A stretch of DNA of 49,064 bases, from assembly GCA_965178125.1 (NCBI GenBank), contig OZ237739.1, positions 1,550,001-1,599,064 on the forward strand. The letters run 5' to 3'. Both the position numbers and the translations under genes were made by a program. The notes beneath the pieces are model-generated. The model was not told the DNA's origin and searched no databases. It saw only the letters and a program-made list of their open reading frames with translations. Origin of the DNA: Bilabrum cf. latius (Eukaryota). Every line of letters starts with the position of its first letter. The first letter of the stretch is position 1. Positions 11,523 through 24,187 of the stretch are shown one piece after another.

Positions 11523-13610
11523 TCAATCTTCTGATGACATGGACCATCCACTGTCGCTATCACTGTCCGAGCCTCCTGCGCTGGACTGTCTGGATGGCTG
11601 CCTGCCCATGAGCAGCACCCGCCTCCGCTCCATGGTGGCCCGCAGCTTGCCCAGCACAGTTGTCTCCTCGGCCACCGACATCGTAGTCACTCGAGCGACA
11701 CTGACTCGCCTGCCTCCATTGAACTTTCCGGGGCCGGCTGCCGCAGCACCGCTTGCTTTCTTCTTCTACTTCTTGGCATGCTTCAGTCTCTTGCCCTTGC
11801 GGATGTCTGCGAGCAATCCGGTGTTCTTGGAGACTGCCCCCTTCGCCTCCAGTCCCTGCTTCCCGTGGTCTTGATCCATTGTGCCTGCCCCCATGGAGCC
11901 TAGCCCGCGCCGGGCCATCGACTACCGTCGGCGCATGGCCCGAGTGGAGGCCATTCCTCCAAATCCGGCTTCTACTTCTTCTTCCTCTTTCTCTTTCTGC
12001 TTCGCCCGCTCTTCCTTCAAGCTACGAGCACCCCTCGCTCCTTTCTGCATCCCAGACTTGAGGCGGTCTGCCAGCTTGCCGCGGCGACGTCTCCGCCTCC
12101 CTTCATTGCTGGTTCCTGCCTCCTCTGCCCCTGCACCCGATGCATTGACCCCTGCCTCCTTTGCCCCTGCACCCGATGCATCGACCCCTGCCTCCTCTGC
12201 CCCTGCACCCGATGCATCGACCCCTGCCTCCTCTGCCCCTGCACCCGATGCATCGACCCCTGCCTCCTCTGCCCCTGCACCCGATGCGTCGAACCCTGCC
12301 TCCTCTGCCCCTGCACCCGATGCATCGACCCCTGCCTCCTCTGCCCCTGCACCCGATGCATCGACCCCTGCCTCCTCTGCCCCTGCACCCGATGCATCGA
12401 CCCCTGCCTCCTTTGCATCTACATCGGTAGCTTCAGAGCTTACTACCTTTGCATCCCCCTCAGCATCCCCGTTCGATGATCCGTGGGGATCAGAAGCAGT
12501 AGCATCGGCGATACTAGCCCCCATGCTGCTTACCCCCTTTTCATGAGTCTAATGTTGTATCTTGCTATCTTGCTTGCTCTCATCGTCCTCGTCCTTTTCC
12601 TCGTCCTTCTCGTCCCCTTCTTCCTCCTCGTACACGATCTCAGTTTCTCCGAGTACTGCTGCCCCTTCTTCCTCCTCGTACACGATCTCAGTCTCTCCGA
12701 ATACTACTGCCCCGTCTTCCGATGCTACCTCAGTCTCGACCAAATCCGCCTTCTGCAGCTGTCGCATGAACCCTTTCAGCAATTTCGGGTCCTTAAGCTC
12801 CACCTCAGAGGCACCCGCCCTGCGGAAGAGCGCGACGAGCTCAGGGGGGAGGCTCTCTCGCACCACGGTGCCGTCCTGCCGCACGGTGACGGTGCTGCGC
12901 CGCCTCCCCAAGCCTACAGACCCTCGAAAGGGTCTATGCGCGGCAGCTGAGCTGGGTTTGCGAGCTGGAGTGCCGCTAAGGTATCCCCGGACCGGTGCAT
13001 CGCTTGTGCTTGGCAATGCTTCGCCTCCAGCACCAGATGCAGGGGAATGCACTGGCAGAGTTGCGTGACTCATAGCGGGCAACGTAGGTGGCTCAACGGT
13101 TCCTACAGATTCGAGAATAGACTCTTCACTTGATCGTTGCACTGTGTTGGTCGCGCCTTTGCTCGCCCTGTACGAATCAAGCAAAGCGAGGCCTTCATCG
13201 TCCTCTGAGCGAGGCTTGTGCTTCTCAACTGCACCGAAGAACTCCTCCGCAGCACTAGCGTCAACAAAAACAAATCCAACCATGAAATCATCTGCTTCAA
13301 AGCTGTGCAACCTACACGGATCCTCTCCGGCTCTGCTGTAGGTCAAGTCCTCAGGAAGCTCGCACTCAAATAGAGTCAGGCATGATACCGGATGGATAAG
13401 CTCGAATATGTGCCTGTCACCCTTCTAGTTGTAATGAAATACGAGCATGCCATCCAGACCAGTATCACTCCAAGCAGCCGGATTTGGCGACGCAATCAGT
13501 AGTCTCGCAACCGATGCAGCAAGCATGGCCTTCCCGCGCTTTCGCATCAGCTCGCCAATTCTCTCAAGACAAAGTGATCCTTTAAGCAATCGTGCATCAG
13601 GAGTCGCCAT
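11523..13610 (-). CDS. WASP-family actin nucleation-promoting factor (WH1 - GBD-like - acidic repeats - WH2-C-A), ~695 aa with TAG=Gln
   Basis: WH1 (VARLLIASPNPAAWS...LHSFEADDFMVGFVFVDASAAEEF), GBD-like LPPELVALFRRAGASEVEL, WH2 LLADIRKGKRLKH, central LRATMERRR, acidic DSDSDSGW. 4 in-frame TAG (13425, 12549, 11922, 11766); TGA stop. Confidence 0.85.
12115..12415. repeat. 36-bp coding minisatellite, ~8.3 copies (EEAGVDASGAGA) within the WASP-like gene
   Basis: Unit cctgcctcctctgcccctgcacccgatgcatcgacc, near-identical copies. Confidence 0.95.
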
Positions 13611-13998
13611 CGTGTTTCCGTCTGGAGCCGCAGCGTCTGCCGAACATTTTGGAGTCCTATCCTCTGAAAACCGGAACCGGACACCGAGGGCAAGCCGTCT
13701 GGCCGAGGAGATGCGGACAAATATGCAGCCGGATCTACAGGGTATCAATATATCTTTCTGCTTCAACATTCGAAAATCACTCAAAACTGGGCTGCATCTC
13801 CAGGCGAACCGGTTGTTCGAATCCAGGCTGAGGCTGCCACTACTGCAACCGCAAGTGCACTGCAACTGGCCGGCATGAAGCATCGCCCGAGGGCGACTTG
13901 CACAGCCTTGAGCTACATGTACTGGAGCGGACCACATTTGTATCATGGATGCCGCTCAATAACGTTCCTCGGTACCACCGAGGGCAGTGCCCCGGAAA

Positions 13999-14935
13999 TC
14001 AGCGACCCACGTGCATCCTGAACTCCGCCACGAGCGCGGGGTCCGTCTCGAAGGCGCCCATCTTGACCAGCGTGGTGGTGCTGGCCCCAGGCTTGTTGGC
14101 CCCCCGCATGCTCATGCACATGTGCTCGGCCTCCACCAGCACGCATGCGCCCTTGGCCCCGATGGCTTCCATGACGGCCTCTGCGATCTGCCTGGTGAGC
14201 CGCTCCTGCACCTGCAGCCTCTTGGCGTAGATGTCGGTGATGCGGGCCAGCTTGGAGAGACCAACCACCCGGTCACCAGGAAGGTATGCGATGTGCACGG
14301 TGCCCCTGAAGGGCAGCACGTGGTGCTCGCACAGAGAGGAAAACTCGATGTCCTTGACCACCACCATGGACCCGCCGCCGTCCACGTCGAAGAGAGCCTT
14401 CTGCAGGGTGGCTTGGGCGTCCATCTCGTAGCCGCGTGTTAGCTCAAGCATTGCCTTAGCCATTCGCTTGGGAGTCTTCAAGAGCCCATCGCGTGCTGGG
14501 TCTTCGCCTACAGCCTGCGAAATGAAAGTTCGCGCGGTGGAGATGCAAGCGAGCGATGCCTAGGTGCGGGGAATCTACTTGAGGGTATAGCATGACAAGT
14601 CAAGCTAGCTATCCCGCAGTTAGGTTTAAACTTATTATAAAAAGGTCTTACCTCTAGTATGACCCGGCAGCATCTCGCCATTACCTCGGTGCGGGACTCC
14701 TTGTCGAGAGCCGCAAGGCCCCCGGCGTCAGCAGCTTTAGCAAGGGCTGCAGATGCTTCGCGCAGTCCATCTGCATCAAATGATGTCTTAGATGCCAATA
14801 CCTTGGCATCGTGGTGATGGCCACAGCCACAGCCGGGTCCAGACTAGGCGCTTGCTGCCGTGGTGCCGTCATCAGATGCATTGCTCTTGTGCTCCTCCTC
14901 TCCGCTGGAGCGGGTAACCAGACTAGACTTAGATA
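13999..14935 (-). CDS. GCH1: GTP cyclohydrolase I; 5' exon and start not resolved
   Basis: [56 protein letters not shown]. Intron 14651-14515; in-frame TAG at 14846-14844; probable further acceptor at 14936; TGA stop. Confidence 0.92.
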
Positions 14936-15515
14936 CTGCGTAATGAACGTAAGGGTTACGTACGATGCGGCGCGATCATGCATGATAACTATCAAGTTTG
15001 GCAAGTCGATAGCGGTGATGGCTCTGTCCATCGAGGGGTGACGTGGCTGGAATCACAGCCCGTTCCTGCATTCAGGATCTTCAGCCACACATTCACTAGT
15101 TGTTATGAGAATCAATCACGTTCGCGGATCTACTACGCCCAGTGAAAACTTGTAGCTGCATCCAGAGTTTCGGGTTTTGCGCTGACGCGCGGATCGCTGT
15201 GGCAGTGACAAACGCCTGCTCACGCCAAAAGACGCGAGAAATTGACACACAATCTATCAAAGACTCATTAAAACCAACTCACAAACAACTTCTGACTCGG
15301 TAATTGCGGCCATTTTGTTTCCTCGTCTTGTTTATGTCTGCAGATAATTGTGACAACGTCGGCGAGCTGGTGACGCTGCTTGGTTACAACCGCGACAGCG
15401 AAGGTTCGGAAAGAATCCGTAGGTCTGTCCGTAGGATCGATCCCGGATTGGCAATCCATCGTGGATCTGGCAAAACCCTAGATTCAATGCACATCAAGTA
15501 TATATTCCCATATAA

Positions 15516-17696
15516 TCACACTTTGGCCTATCGCGAGACCTGCGTCCTTTCCTGGGCCCTTCCAAGCGTGCAGCAGCCGCATGCCCCCCTGTCAAGTGCC
15601 GCTGTGAGAGGGCCATGCAGCGGGGCGGGCGCGAGCATCAGCGCCCCAGCTGCCACTACCTGCAGCCCAGCCGCAAGCACGTACACCCACAGCGAGGAGC
15701 CCCCCGTCACTCGCAGCAGAGCCGCGTACGCAGCAGGCGCGCCGATCGCCGACAGCGCAGCTGTGCCCTGCACCAAAGAGAACAGCGCCCCGAAATTTGC
15801 CTCGCCCAGATCCGTGGCCACTATCTCGGGCCCCAAGCTCAGCACCGCCCCGAAAGGCAGCCCGGTGAGGGCCAGCAGCACACCGGCTGGCACCTGCAGG
15901 TACACGGGGGCGGGCGAGCCAAGCGCAATGGATCTTCGCACGAACAGCCGCAGTGCGCCCAGGCCCGCGAACAGCCCTGCCTGCCCGCAAGCACACCACC
16001 CCAGTGTAGTCCCCCGGTGTGTCCGACAGGCGCGCGCCCTCCTCAGCGTGCTGGCGAGCCAGGGGCCTCCCAGGTTGCCCACTGCGTTCGCAACCGAGAA
16101 GACTGCGACCAAAGCAGCCAGCGGCAGCTCCCACGCATCTTCTGGCTAGCCCTGTGCCTGCCCTTTGTCCTACATCCCGAGCTCGTCATCATCGGCCACG
16201 GGCCCGCCCCCTCCACCGGCAGCATCCGAGCTATCAGGACGCTGCCCCCGGCCCAGCCAGTCGCCCTCCCAGAGGTCCCTTCTGGAGCCGAGGAACAACA
16301 GGCCACCCGCAAGCATGCACAGGTACGCCAGCACGATGGCCGCGAAAGATGGCAGACAGAAGGCCATTGGCATTCTCGCCAGGGGCACTGCGTTGTGCCT
16401 CAGCTCCTGCACCCGATGCACCCGACGGGTCTTGCTGCACACTGGGGCATGCTCGCCTTCTGCCTTTTCGAGAGCCTAGGCCACGCTATCAACAGCAGGC
16501 ACGGGCGCTACAGTCACTGCATACATCTCTCCTTTGGCCGCTTGACCTTGTTCTTCGTCGCTGTCCCTGTCCGTGCCCCTGTCGGCTCGCTTGCTCTCTG
16601 GAGATTCCTAGTCTCGCGAGGCACCCTGGCTGTCTTCGTCGCTCCCTCGGCCCGACCCCCCGCTGCCCCTCCTGTCCGCTGGCTGCTCCTCCTGGGTTGA
16701 TAAAGACAGCTAGCTCGCGCCACCGTGGTCAGCGTTACCGTAGCCAATGCCCTTGGTTCCCTGCCGCACCAACCGCTCCTCGTCCTCGGCCTCTCCCATC
16801 TCCACATCATGAGACCCAGCCGCAGAAGCGCCGTCAGCCTCATCATTTCCATGCGCCTAGCATTGTCGAGCGACCAAGAGCAGCCCGACACACACCGCCG
16901 CCGCGCTCCCCGACAGCACCGCCGCCGCCCTCATCTGCGCCCTCCAGCAGTCCCCGTGAGGCGATGCCCCGCACCTGCCCCACTCCTCCTGTCGGGACAT
17001 CTCGAAGCACAGCTCCACCAACAACAGGCCAGTGCTTGTGGCCGCGCTCGTCACGCCGACAGCAGGTGCCCACCGCGCCCTGACTGCCGCCGCCAAGGCC
17101 GACACTACCACCCAGCCGCACCCGAGGCAGGCACCCGCGTACAGCAAACCCCCCAGCCATCCGTCGCTTACCACGGACATGCATGCCGCAGATCCCGCCG
17201 CCAATAATCCACCGACCGCCGCTCCTGCCGCTGGTCCTGCCCTGTCCACCAGCATGCCCGCAGGCAGGGAGGAGAGCACCGCAGCGAACCCGAGGCCCAG
17301 GAGCAGCGACGGAGCGACGGAGCCAGAGAGGCCGTTCGCAGCGTCCCCAGCAATCGCTTCGAATGCATTCGGGAGTGCATGGGTAAGGGCAAGAAATGCA
17401 GCAGCTATTGTGAGTAATGCACCATGGATGTCTGGAAGACCGCAAATCGTGCCACTGCCGTCAGCGTTTGACACGATCGGATTGCTGCTAGCCCCCTCAG
17501 TCCCTTCGCGAGCATTGTAGCTACCACTTCTTTCGGGCTGCAATTTAGTGGCTCCACGAGTTCTAGCCTCGTCGCAGTCTCTGCGGCTGGACCCTTTCTG
17601 CGGGCCAAGTGACGCAGCTGTCGATGCTGCAGACACCACCGGGCCTGCACGCGATTCCCATTCCCCGGCGCTGGACATTGTAGAGGCAGCCGACAT
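15516..17696 (-). CDS. MFS-type multi-pass transporter with large hydrophilic central loop (~726 aa with TAG=Gln)
   Basis: Hydrophobic helices, AGMLVDRAG (motif A-like), ATDLGEANFGALFSLV. One frame with 7 TAG; TGA at 15518-15516. Confidence 0.75.
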
Positions 17697-18105
17697 GCTT
17701 TCCCAGGCGTCTTGTTGGTCAAGGTCAGAGACGATCCGCTGCTTGTTTGAAGCTTCAAAGATGTCTTGGCCGTACCGCCTGCAAGTCTACGAGACAAGCG
17801 GAGTGCGAGCAGATGGGGGCTCTTTCATGAAAATACGTCCCAACTGGCTGATGCTGTGCCAATATGTCGCAGATTCCACAAGTGGTGCTGCAAGGCGCAA
17901 GCAAGTCTTGTCGGGTTTTCGTGCAGCAGCGGGGGATGCGCGCCGGCGGTGACGAGTTGCACTTGCGACGTCACTGTTTGGCAGCTCCCACTGTCACACA
18001 TCAAGAGCTCATTTCGAGGTCTTCGTCCCAGCAAGACAGGTCTCTTTGAAGACAAACAACATGTGTTCGGTTTCCTCCTCTGCTGAAAGGGAAGCTAGGC
18101 TAGGA

Positions 18106-18905
18106 ATGGCAAGCAGCTCCCACTTTGAGATTTTCGTTGAGAAGGCCGCCAACAAGTTCAACGCGTCTCATTTCATTGTGCACGCCGTGAGTTCAGCATC
18201 GTGTGTTACATAAATATGCTTGTATCCTCTGATTCACAGCACAACGACGCCCGGTGCTGGTGCTGCTACAAGTCGCAGTCGGAGCGAGAGAGACTGCATG
18301 GGCACAATTACTCTACTACTGTTGAGGTTGTCGCTTCGCGGGGGACGAAGTTGAGCGAAGGATATGTTATGGATTTTGGCGAAGTGAAGGGTGCCCTAAA
18401 GATGCTGTGCAAACGCTGGGACGAGAGGTTCCTGGTTCCGATGCTATCTCCACACATGGAAATTAGGGCCTGGCCATCAGGCAAGCGAGAAGGCGACGCA
18501 GGAACTATTCGCGGAGTCGATCTCATGGCGCTCTAGCAGTCTGGTGCAACCCTTGCCAAGCCGCTGTCCGACGATCGAACAGCGCACCAAATCAGCATGG
18601 TGGTGAAGCACGATGGGGCCAGGTTCGAGTTCCCAGCTGATGATTGCGCGTTGTTACCGATACATCACTCCTCTGCAGAGGAGCTTGCCCGGCTGTTGTG
18701 CCTAGATCTGATCGATGAGCTTGGGGGGGCTGCGGCGTTGCAGGCCCGGGGCATGCATAGCATCAAGGTTGCGCTGGTTGAGACACCCAGGCAGGAGGCG
18801 CGATACTGCGTGACATTCAGTGGTGGCAGTCAACATGAAAGTGCCACTGGTGCCGCATCGGGCGCGGCCGGAACCTCGATGGAGGGGTCCAAGGTGGACA
18901 CCTGA
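18106..18905 (+). CDS. 6-pyruvoyl-tetrahydropterin synthase family protein, PTPS-III-type (ExxHGH); 1 intron
   Basis: KFNASHF | intron 18187-18278 | ERLHGHNY, GYVMDFGEVK, SSAEELAR, LVETP. TAG at 18534 read through; TGA stop. Confidence 0.88.
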
Positions 18906-19126
18906 GCGGGCTGGGGCAAGGTTACCTCTGCACTCTAGCAGCGCCTGGCGAGCATGCAACAAGCTATTTGCGTGCAAATTGGGAATATGTGTTGATTTTA
19001 CCATTCGTGAAGTACGCTTGCACCCGCCATAGGCACGCACGGCCCGGGAGCCACGGCGTCGTCACCACGTGACCGCAATGACGTAGTCACAAAACCTCAC
19101 GGGCAGAGCAGCCATACAAGCCCGCC

Positions 19127-20917
19127 ATGCCGGTCAACGTCGGCGAAGACAGCTTAACTTTGTTATTGCAGTGCGCAATAGTTGGAATTATATTTGTTTA
19201 GGGCGGCATTGTATACGGTTTCGCAGGTAAGGCGGGTGATAAGGCTAGAAGCGACGTGCGCAGAGATCACCGCAATCCATCGCGCTTGACACCCATGCAT
19301 TTGGCCCGCAGATTTGGAGCTCATAATGAAAAACGAGGGAATATACGCTGATGACGGGAGCTTCGACGTTGAGAAATATGCCTTACTCGCATCTATAGGA
19401 ACCTCGATGACGGGGCTCTCTTCGGCCGCGGCAGGCCCACTGATGGATTTTGTAGGACCTCGAGCCACATTGGGAATATCTGCGTTTGTTTCTACCATGG
19501 GCTTTTTGCTATTTGGATTCGGTGTCTCATTTATAGGTGGATTTGCCCTGATGGCTGTTGGCGGGATCAGCTCCCTTCTAGTCGGTTTCCGCGTGGGACT
19601 ATTGGCTCCGTCCAGAGTATCGACGGTCATGAGTGAGAAACGTTCTGTTATGGTCGGTGCGGACGATCGCGCGTGGTGCGGCAAACTCTCTCGTGCAGCG
19701 ATCCGTCTGTGCATTTGCACTGCTTCACCCCTCTCGCGTTCGCAGCGGCAGTCTCGTGTTCGTTCGATGCATCCAGCCTGGTGTTTGTTATTTTCTATGA
19801 ACTGTATAAAGGCACAGGATTGGGGTTAAAGTTTTTGTTTTCTGGGCTTGCCGTGGTGTGCCTGGTGTTCCACGGGGTGGCGCAGGTGCTTTGGAGCCTG
19901 CTCCAAACGGAGCAGGAAGCCGATGCAGCAACGGACTCGAGAGAAGACAGATCAGTTGATAATAGTCGCGAAAACGTGGTGAAACCCGATTGGGCGCCTC
20001 TCGAGTTGTCTCACGGAGGCTGCGACGAGGACGAGGGTGTTGTCAGTGAGGTACCTGCCGCTGCCAGTGCAAGTGACGAAAGCAAGCGAGCGCCGCTGCT
20101 GCAGAGGGTCGAGGAGGGGCGCGCGGGTCCAAAGGGCCGCACCTTTTCTTGTGAAAACAGTGGCGATGATATCACTGGGAGAGAACTGCACAAGACAGAC
20201 GAAGCACAGGATGCTGCTGGGGGTGCCCCGGAGCTGCGCAGCCTCGAGGGCTGGACGGTCCTTCAGCAGGTGTGCACGCTCGAGTTCGCATTTGCGCTTA
20301 TCTACGTGAGCATCCACTCCACGCGGTCGACCTTTCTGCTGGGCACGGCGCAGCAGCAGTTCGAGCAGGAGGGCGACGGCGAGCACGACTTCTTGCACAC
20401 GCGCCTCTTCGCCTGGATCGTGCCAGCCGGGGTGATCTTCTCGCCCCTGGTCTCGTGGCTACTGGGCAGCTGCGGGGCGCTCGCGGGTGCCCATGTGGTG
20501 TGCGGGCTGGGACTGCTCTACGGAGTGCTGGCGTGCCTCCCCTTGGCTGCCTCCATCCCCATGTCAGTGGTGTTCGCGGCCTTCCGGGTGTCTCTGTACG
20601 CCGTGCTGGCGGACTTCACGGGCCGCACCTTTGGCCCCGCGACGATCGGAACCATCACGGGGATTCTCTACTCGGTGTCGGCCTGCTTCATGTTCCTGCA
20701 GCAGCCTCTCACTGTGATTGTGCAGAGACTGTGCGGGGGTAGCTACTTCTGGGTTAACGTTGGGCTGGTAGCTGCGATCGCTCCGGTGTGGGGCTTGCTG
20801 CTGTGCCTGCAGAGGAACCAGGCAGTCGGGGTCGACAAAAAACACAAGGGAGAGCGAGAGCGAGAGGGAGACGCATCTCGGCGAGCGCTCCCCACGGCAG
20901 TAAATGCAAGCGGTTGA
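19127..20917 (+). CDS. MFS transporter, SLC43/FMP42-like; 2 introns
   Basis: GGIVYGFADLELIMKNEGIY, GPLMDFVGPR, SFDASSLVF, FGPATIGTITG. Introns 19227-19311 and 19633-19745; TAG at 19199; TGA stop. Confidence 0.8.
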
Positions 20918-21003
20918 TGCCACGCGACCATCCATTTATTGATTCATGCCTAAGGATTATTTCGTAATCTAATGCCTCCCGACCATTTTCCCCCCGTCTC
21001 AAG

Positions 21004-22125
21004 TCACCCACGGTACTCGTCACCACAGTCCCCGATCGCCTCTAGCAGGTTCTCGCCCTTTGCCTGCACCGCGGCGATCTCGTCGTAGTCTTCTTTCGTC
21101 AGCTCAAGCTGGAAGGTCCTTGCGTTTTCCTCCGCGTGCTCGCTCAGCCCAAGCCTCACTCCCACGATGACTCCTCCCACTTCGGGCTGGTCCAGCACCC
21201 ACTTGGTGGCCACCTGAGCCACAGAATACCCGCCCCTCCGGTCCCCGACCCGCTTGAGGGTGCGCAACATCTCTTGGAACAGATCCCAGGACCCCCACTG
21301 CCGCACCATGTTGTAATACTTGCGCAGAGAGGGGGTGGGCACGTCACTCGCCACCCTGGGCTCCCCGCGGCCCAGCCAGCGGTCTGTCAGCAACCCTCCC
21401 ATCAGGGTGCCGTAGGTGAGCAGCACGGTGCCGTGCTCCTCGCAGAGCTTGGCCATGCCCCCTGTCTGCGGTCTTGTGTCTATCACAGAGTGCTGCACCT
21501 GGTTGGAGGCGATGGGGAGGCGCATGTCCACGAGCATGTGACGGAGGCGTTGCGTGTCGAAGTTGGTCAACGAGAGCGCCTTGATCCTGCCAGCGAGGCG
21601 CTCTTCGTTGAGCTGCTTCATCGCGTCCATCCAGCGCTTGTCGCTGTAGTCCCACCAGTGAAACTGCATCATGTCGATAGAGTCCACCCCCATCCGTTTC
21701 ATGCTCTTGGTTACGGCCGCAGCTACGACTGCTGCCGACATGGGACCCGGCGATGGGCACCACTTCGTAAAGCCCTGGATTCCGTCTGCCTTGCCCAAGC
21801 GCTTAACGAATGCCCCGTAGATGTCCTCCGCAGGCCCGTAGTGGTCCGCGAAATCGAAAGTTGTGAAGCCCAATGCCTTCAAACGATCCATGGCGGAAAG
21901 CGCAGGCCCAGGCTCGATCTTTCCCCAGCCTCCACTCGTCTGCCACATGCCATTCAATATTCTTGCCATCTACACGCCACCAACCAGCTTTATTTTGGGG
22001 ACGGCCGCTGCGGTTGAGATCATCTTGCCGTCAGCCTCAACTTCGGCAGTTCCAACCTTTTTGCCCACTGGCACCGGCAACTCGGAGCAATCAGGTGTTG
22101 TCGAAGCGCCTGCAACACTCGCCAT
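21004..22125 (-). CDS. Aldo/keto reductase
   Basis: GMWQTSGGWG, TFDFADHYG, IDMMQFHWWDY, ASNQVQHSVID, YGTLMGGLL. N-terminal extension to ATG 22125 across TAG 21972-21970; TGA stop. Confidence 0.9.
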
Positions 22126-22305
22126 ACAATAGATCCAGCAGGCAACTGTGAACAAACGAATTTTCCACGGGGATTTCCTGGATGCTGCTTGTTGCCGCGT
22201 CCACGTCAGCACCAAATAAACCGGAAGATTCGCCTAATCAATAAACCAGATTTATTACGGTACTACTTCTCATTTGGCAAACGTGCGTACAGGACCACTG
22301 ACGTC

Positions 22306-23145
22306 ATGTGTAGGGATGCTCTTGCCTGTATAATTAGTGATTCTACTGGTCTGACCGAGCCAGAATTCATTCTGGTCATTTCTTTGGTAGTTCTGGGCCT
22401 CGGAATCTCAGCATTCTTGGCTCTCCAGCTCTTACAAGCTCCTTACGGGAGATATAGCGTCGGTGCATCGAAAACAAGTATCTTGTTTTCACTTCCGATG
22501 AATGGCAAGGTGGCGTGGTTTCTACAAGAGATCCCTTGCGTGATTTGGGCAGCCTGGGGCATTTGGAGTTCCGATCCCGTGGCTTTCTAGTGGAAAAATA
22601 AGGTGATTTTGGCTGCATTTACGCTCCACTACTTACATAGAGCAGTCATATTTCCCTTCAGAATCGCTTCAAACAAGACTACGCCATTTCTGGTGTTCTT
22701 GATGGCATTTGTGTTCTGCTCAGTCAATGGGTACCTGCAGGTTCGCGACCTGACGCAATATCACGTGCTTGAGGACTCGGATGAATTGCGTGTTTGGATC
22801 GGACTCCTCATTTTCTTTGCTGGAATGTACGTGAACATCGACAGCGACTCTATCTTGCGCAATTTGAGGCGTGGCCCTGAGGACGCTGGGAAGTACTACA
22901 TTCCCCGCAACGGGCTATTTGAGTGGGTGAGCGGCGCAAACTTCTTTGGGGAGATCATCGAGTGGTGTGGCTATGCACTAGCCTCCGGCTCTGTCCCGAG
23001 CGCCGTGTTCGCGTGCTTCACGGCCTGCAATATCGGGCCTCGTGCCGTGCAGCACCACCTGGACTACAAGAAGAAGTTCAACGGGGAGAAGGACAAGCCA
23101 GCGTATCCCAAGGATAGGAAGGCTCTCATCCCTTTTCTGTTGTGA
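22306..23145 (+). CDS. Steroid 5-alpha-reductase family (SRD5A1/2, DET2-like)
   Basis: APYGRY, AWFLQEIP, HYLHRAVIFP, SDSILRNLR, GLFEWVSGANFFGEIIEWCG, YPKDRKALIPF. One in-frame TAG at 22588. Confidence 0.92.
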
Positions 23146-23563
23146 CTGCTAGGCGGGCTTCAATCGATTGATGACGCGATGCTGGCTTGGCCGGTATGGA
23201 CATGTCGCAGTGTTCGCATGGTTGCCAAGCCCCCCACTGGCATGGCATTCGTGTCCAGTTCTGTGAATTAAACTTTGTAGAAACAGTATTATCTGTACCT
23301 ACCGTCCAATTCGGAGCCATTGTTTATCGAGCACAAGCCATGCGCTCCGTGTAGACTAGACAAGGCCCGATCCACCAAGCTGCCTGCCCAAACCGGAAGC
23401 AGATCTCTCCAACATCCTGGACTGGTCCCCGACTGGTCTGCTAACAAGATTAATAGAGCTATGCTCTGTACTGTGCAATAGAATCAAGGCACGCAAGCAG
23501 AGCTCCGCAGCACCCCGTGCCCCTTCTTGCCACAATCGCAGAGTGCCATGGATCTCCTTTGGT

Positions 23564-24187
23564 TCACACCCTCGCCGTGGGATCCTCTGCAGGCTCCGCA
23601 CCGGCGGGTGGAGACAGGTCAGTCCCTTCTGGATAGTACCGTGGTCTCTTTGGCGCCCACCATTCGTAAACAGCATGCCCTGCAGCGTGCGCAGTTTCGT
23701 TGGATTGGATGGCCCACGCGACAAGGTGGAGGAGGGGCAGCTCAGCCCACGCAGCGGCGAAGGCATCGATCCCCTGCACCATGACTCCGCTGCGATCGAT
23801 CGCATACACCCGTTCGTATGCATTCTTCCATGGTATCTCGTGCTTTTTAAGCAGCGGGATGGTTGCGGGGTCGTAGAGGTCCAGAAAGACGAGCTTGGCC
23901 CCTGTCCGGCTGGCCAGCCACCGCATCGCCGCGATCTCAGCTTGGTATATCTTGCAGGCTCCATCATAGAACACCTCGACAGGCCTTTCGCTTGCGTGGT
24001 TCGTTGCATTAGTGCCCATACATCGATGTGCGGTGGACTGTCCATTGTGCGGTGCGGCAGTGCATTTAGAAGAGATCAGCGTTCCTGAGCCTATGGCCGC
24101 GGGCACCAGTGAGCGAATTGCACTTGCTTGGCGCACCACTGTTCTAGTGTAGCATGACAATCGAGCGAATAGTCTTGAATGGAGCAT
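23564..24187 (-). CDS. DUF393 / DCC1-like thiol-disulfide oxidoreductase family protein, possible organellar targeting peptide
   Basis: VEVFYDGAC, GIDAFAAAW, YEWWA..R. Arg/Ser-rich N-terminus; TGA stop. The second Cys of the usual CxxC is absent. Confidence 0.75.
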   Translation of the reverse strand: MLHSRLFARLSCYTRTVVRQASAIRSLVPAAIGSGTLISSKCTAAPHNGQSTAHRCMGTNATNHASERPVEVFYDGACKIYQAEIAAMRWLASRTGAKLVFLDLYDPATIPLLKKHEIPWKNAYERVYAIDRSGVMVQGIDAFAAAWAELPLLHLVAWAIQSNETAHAAGHAVYEWWAPKRPRYYPEGTDLSPPAGAEPAEDPTARV

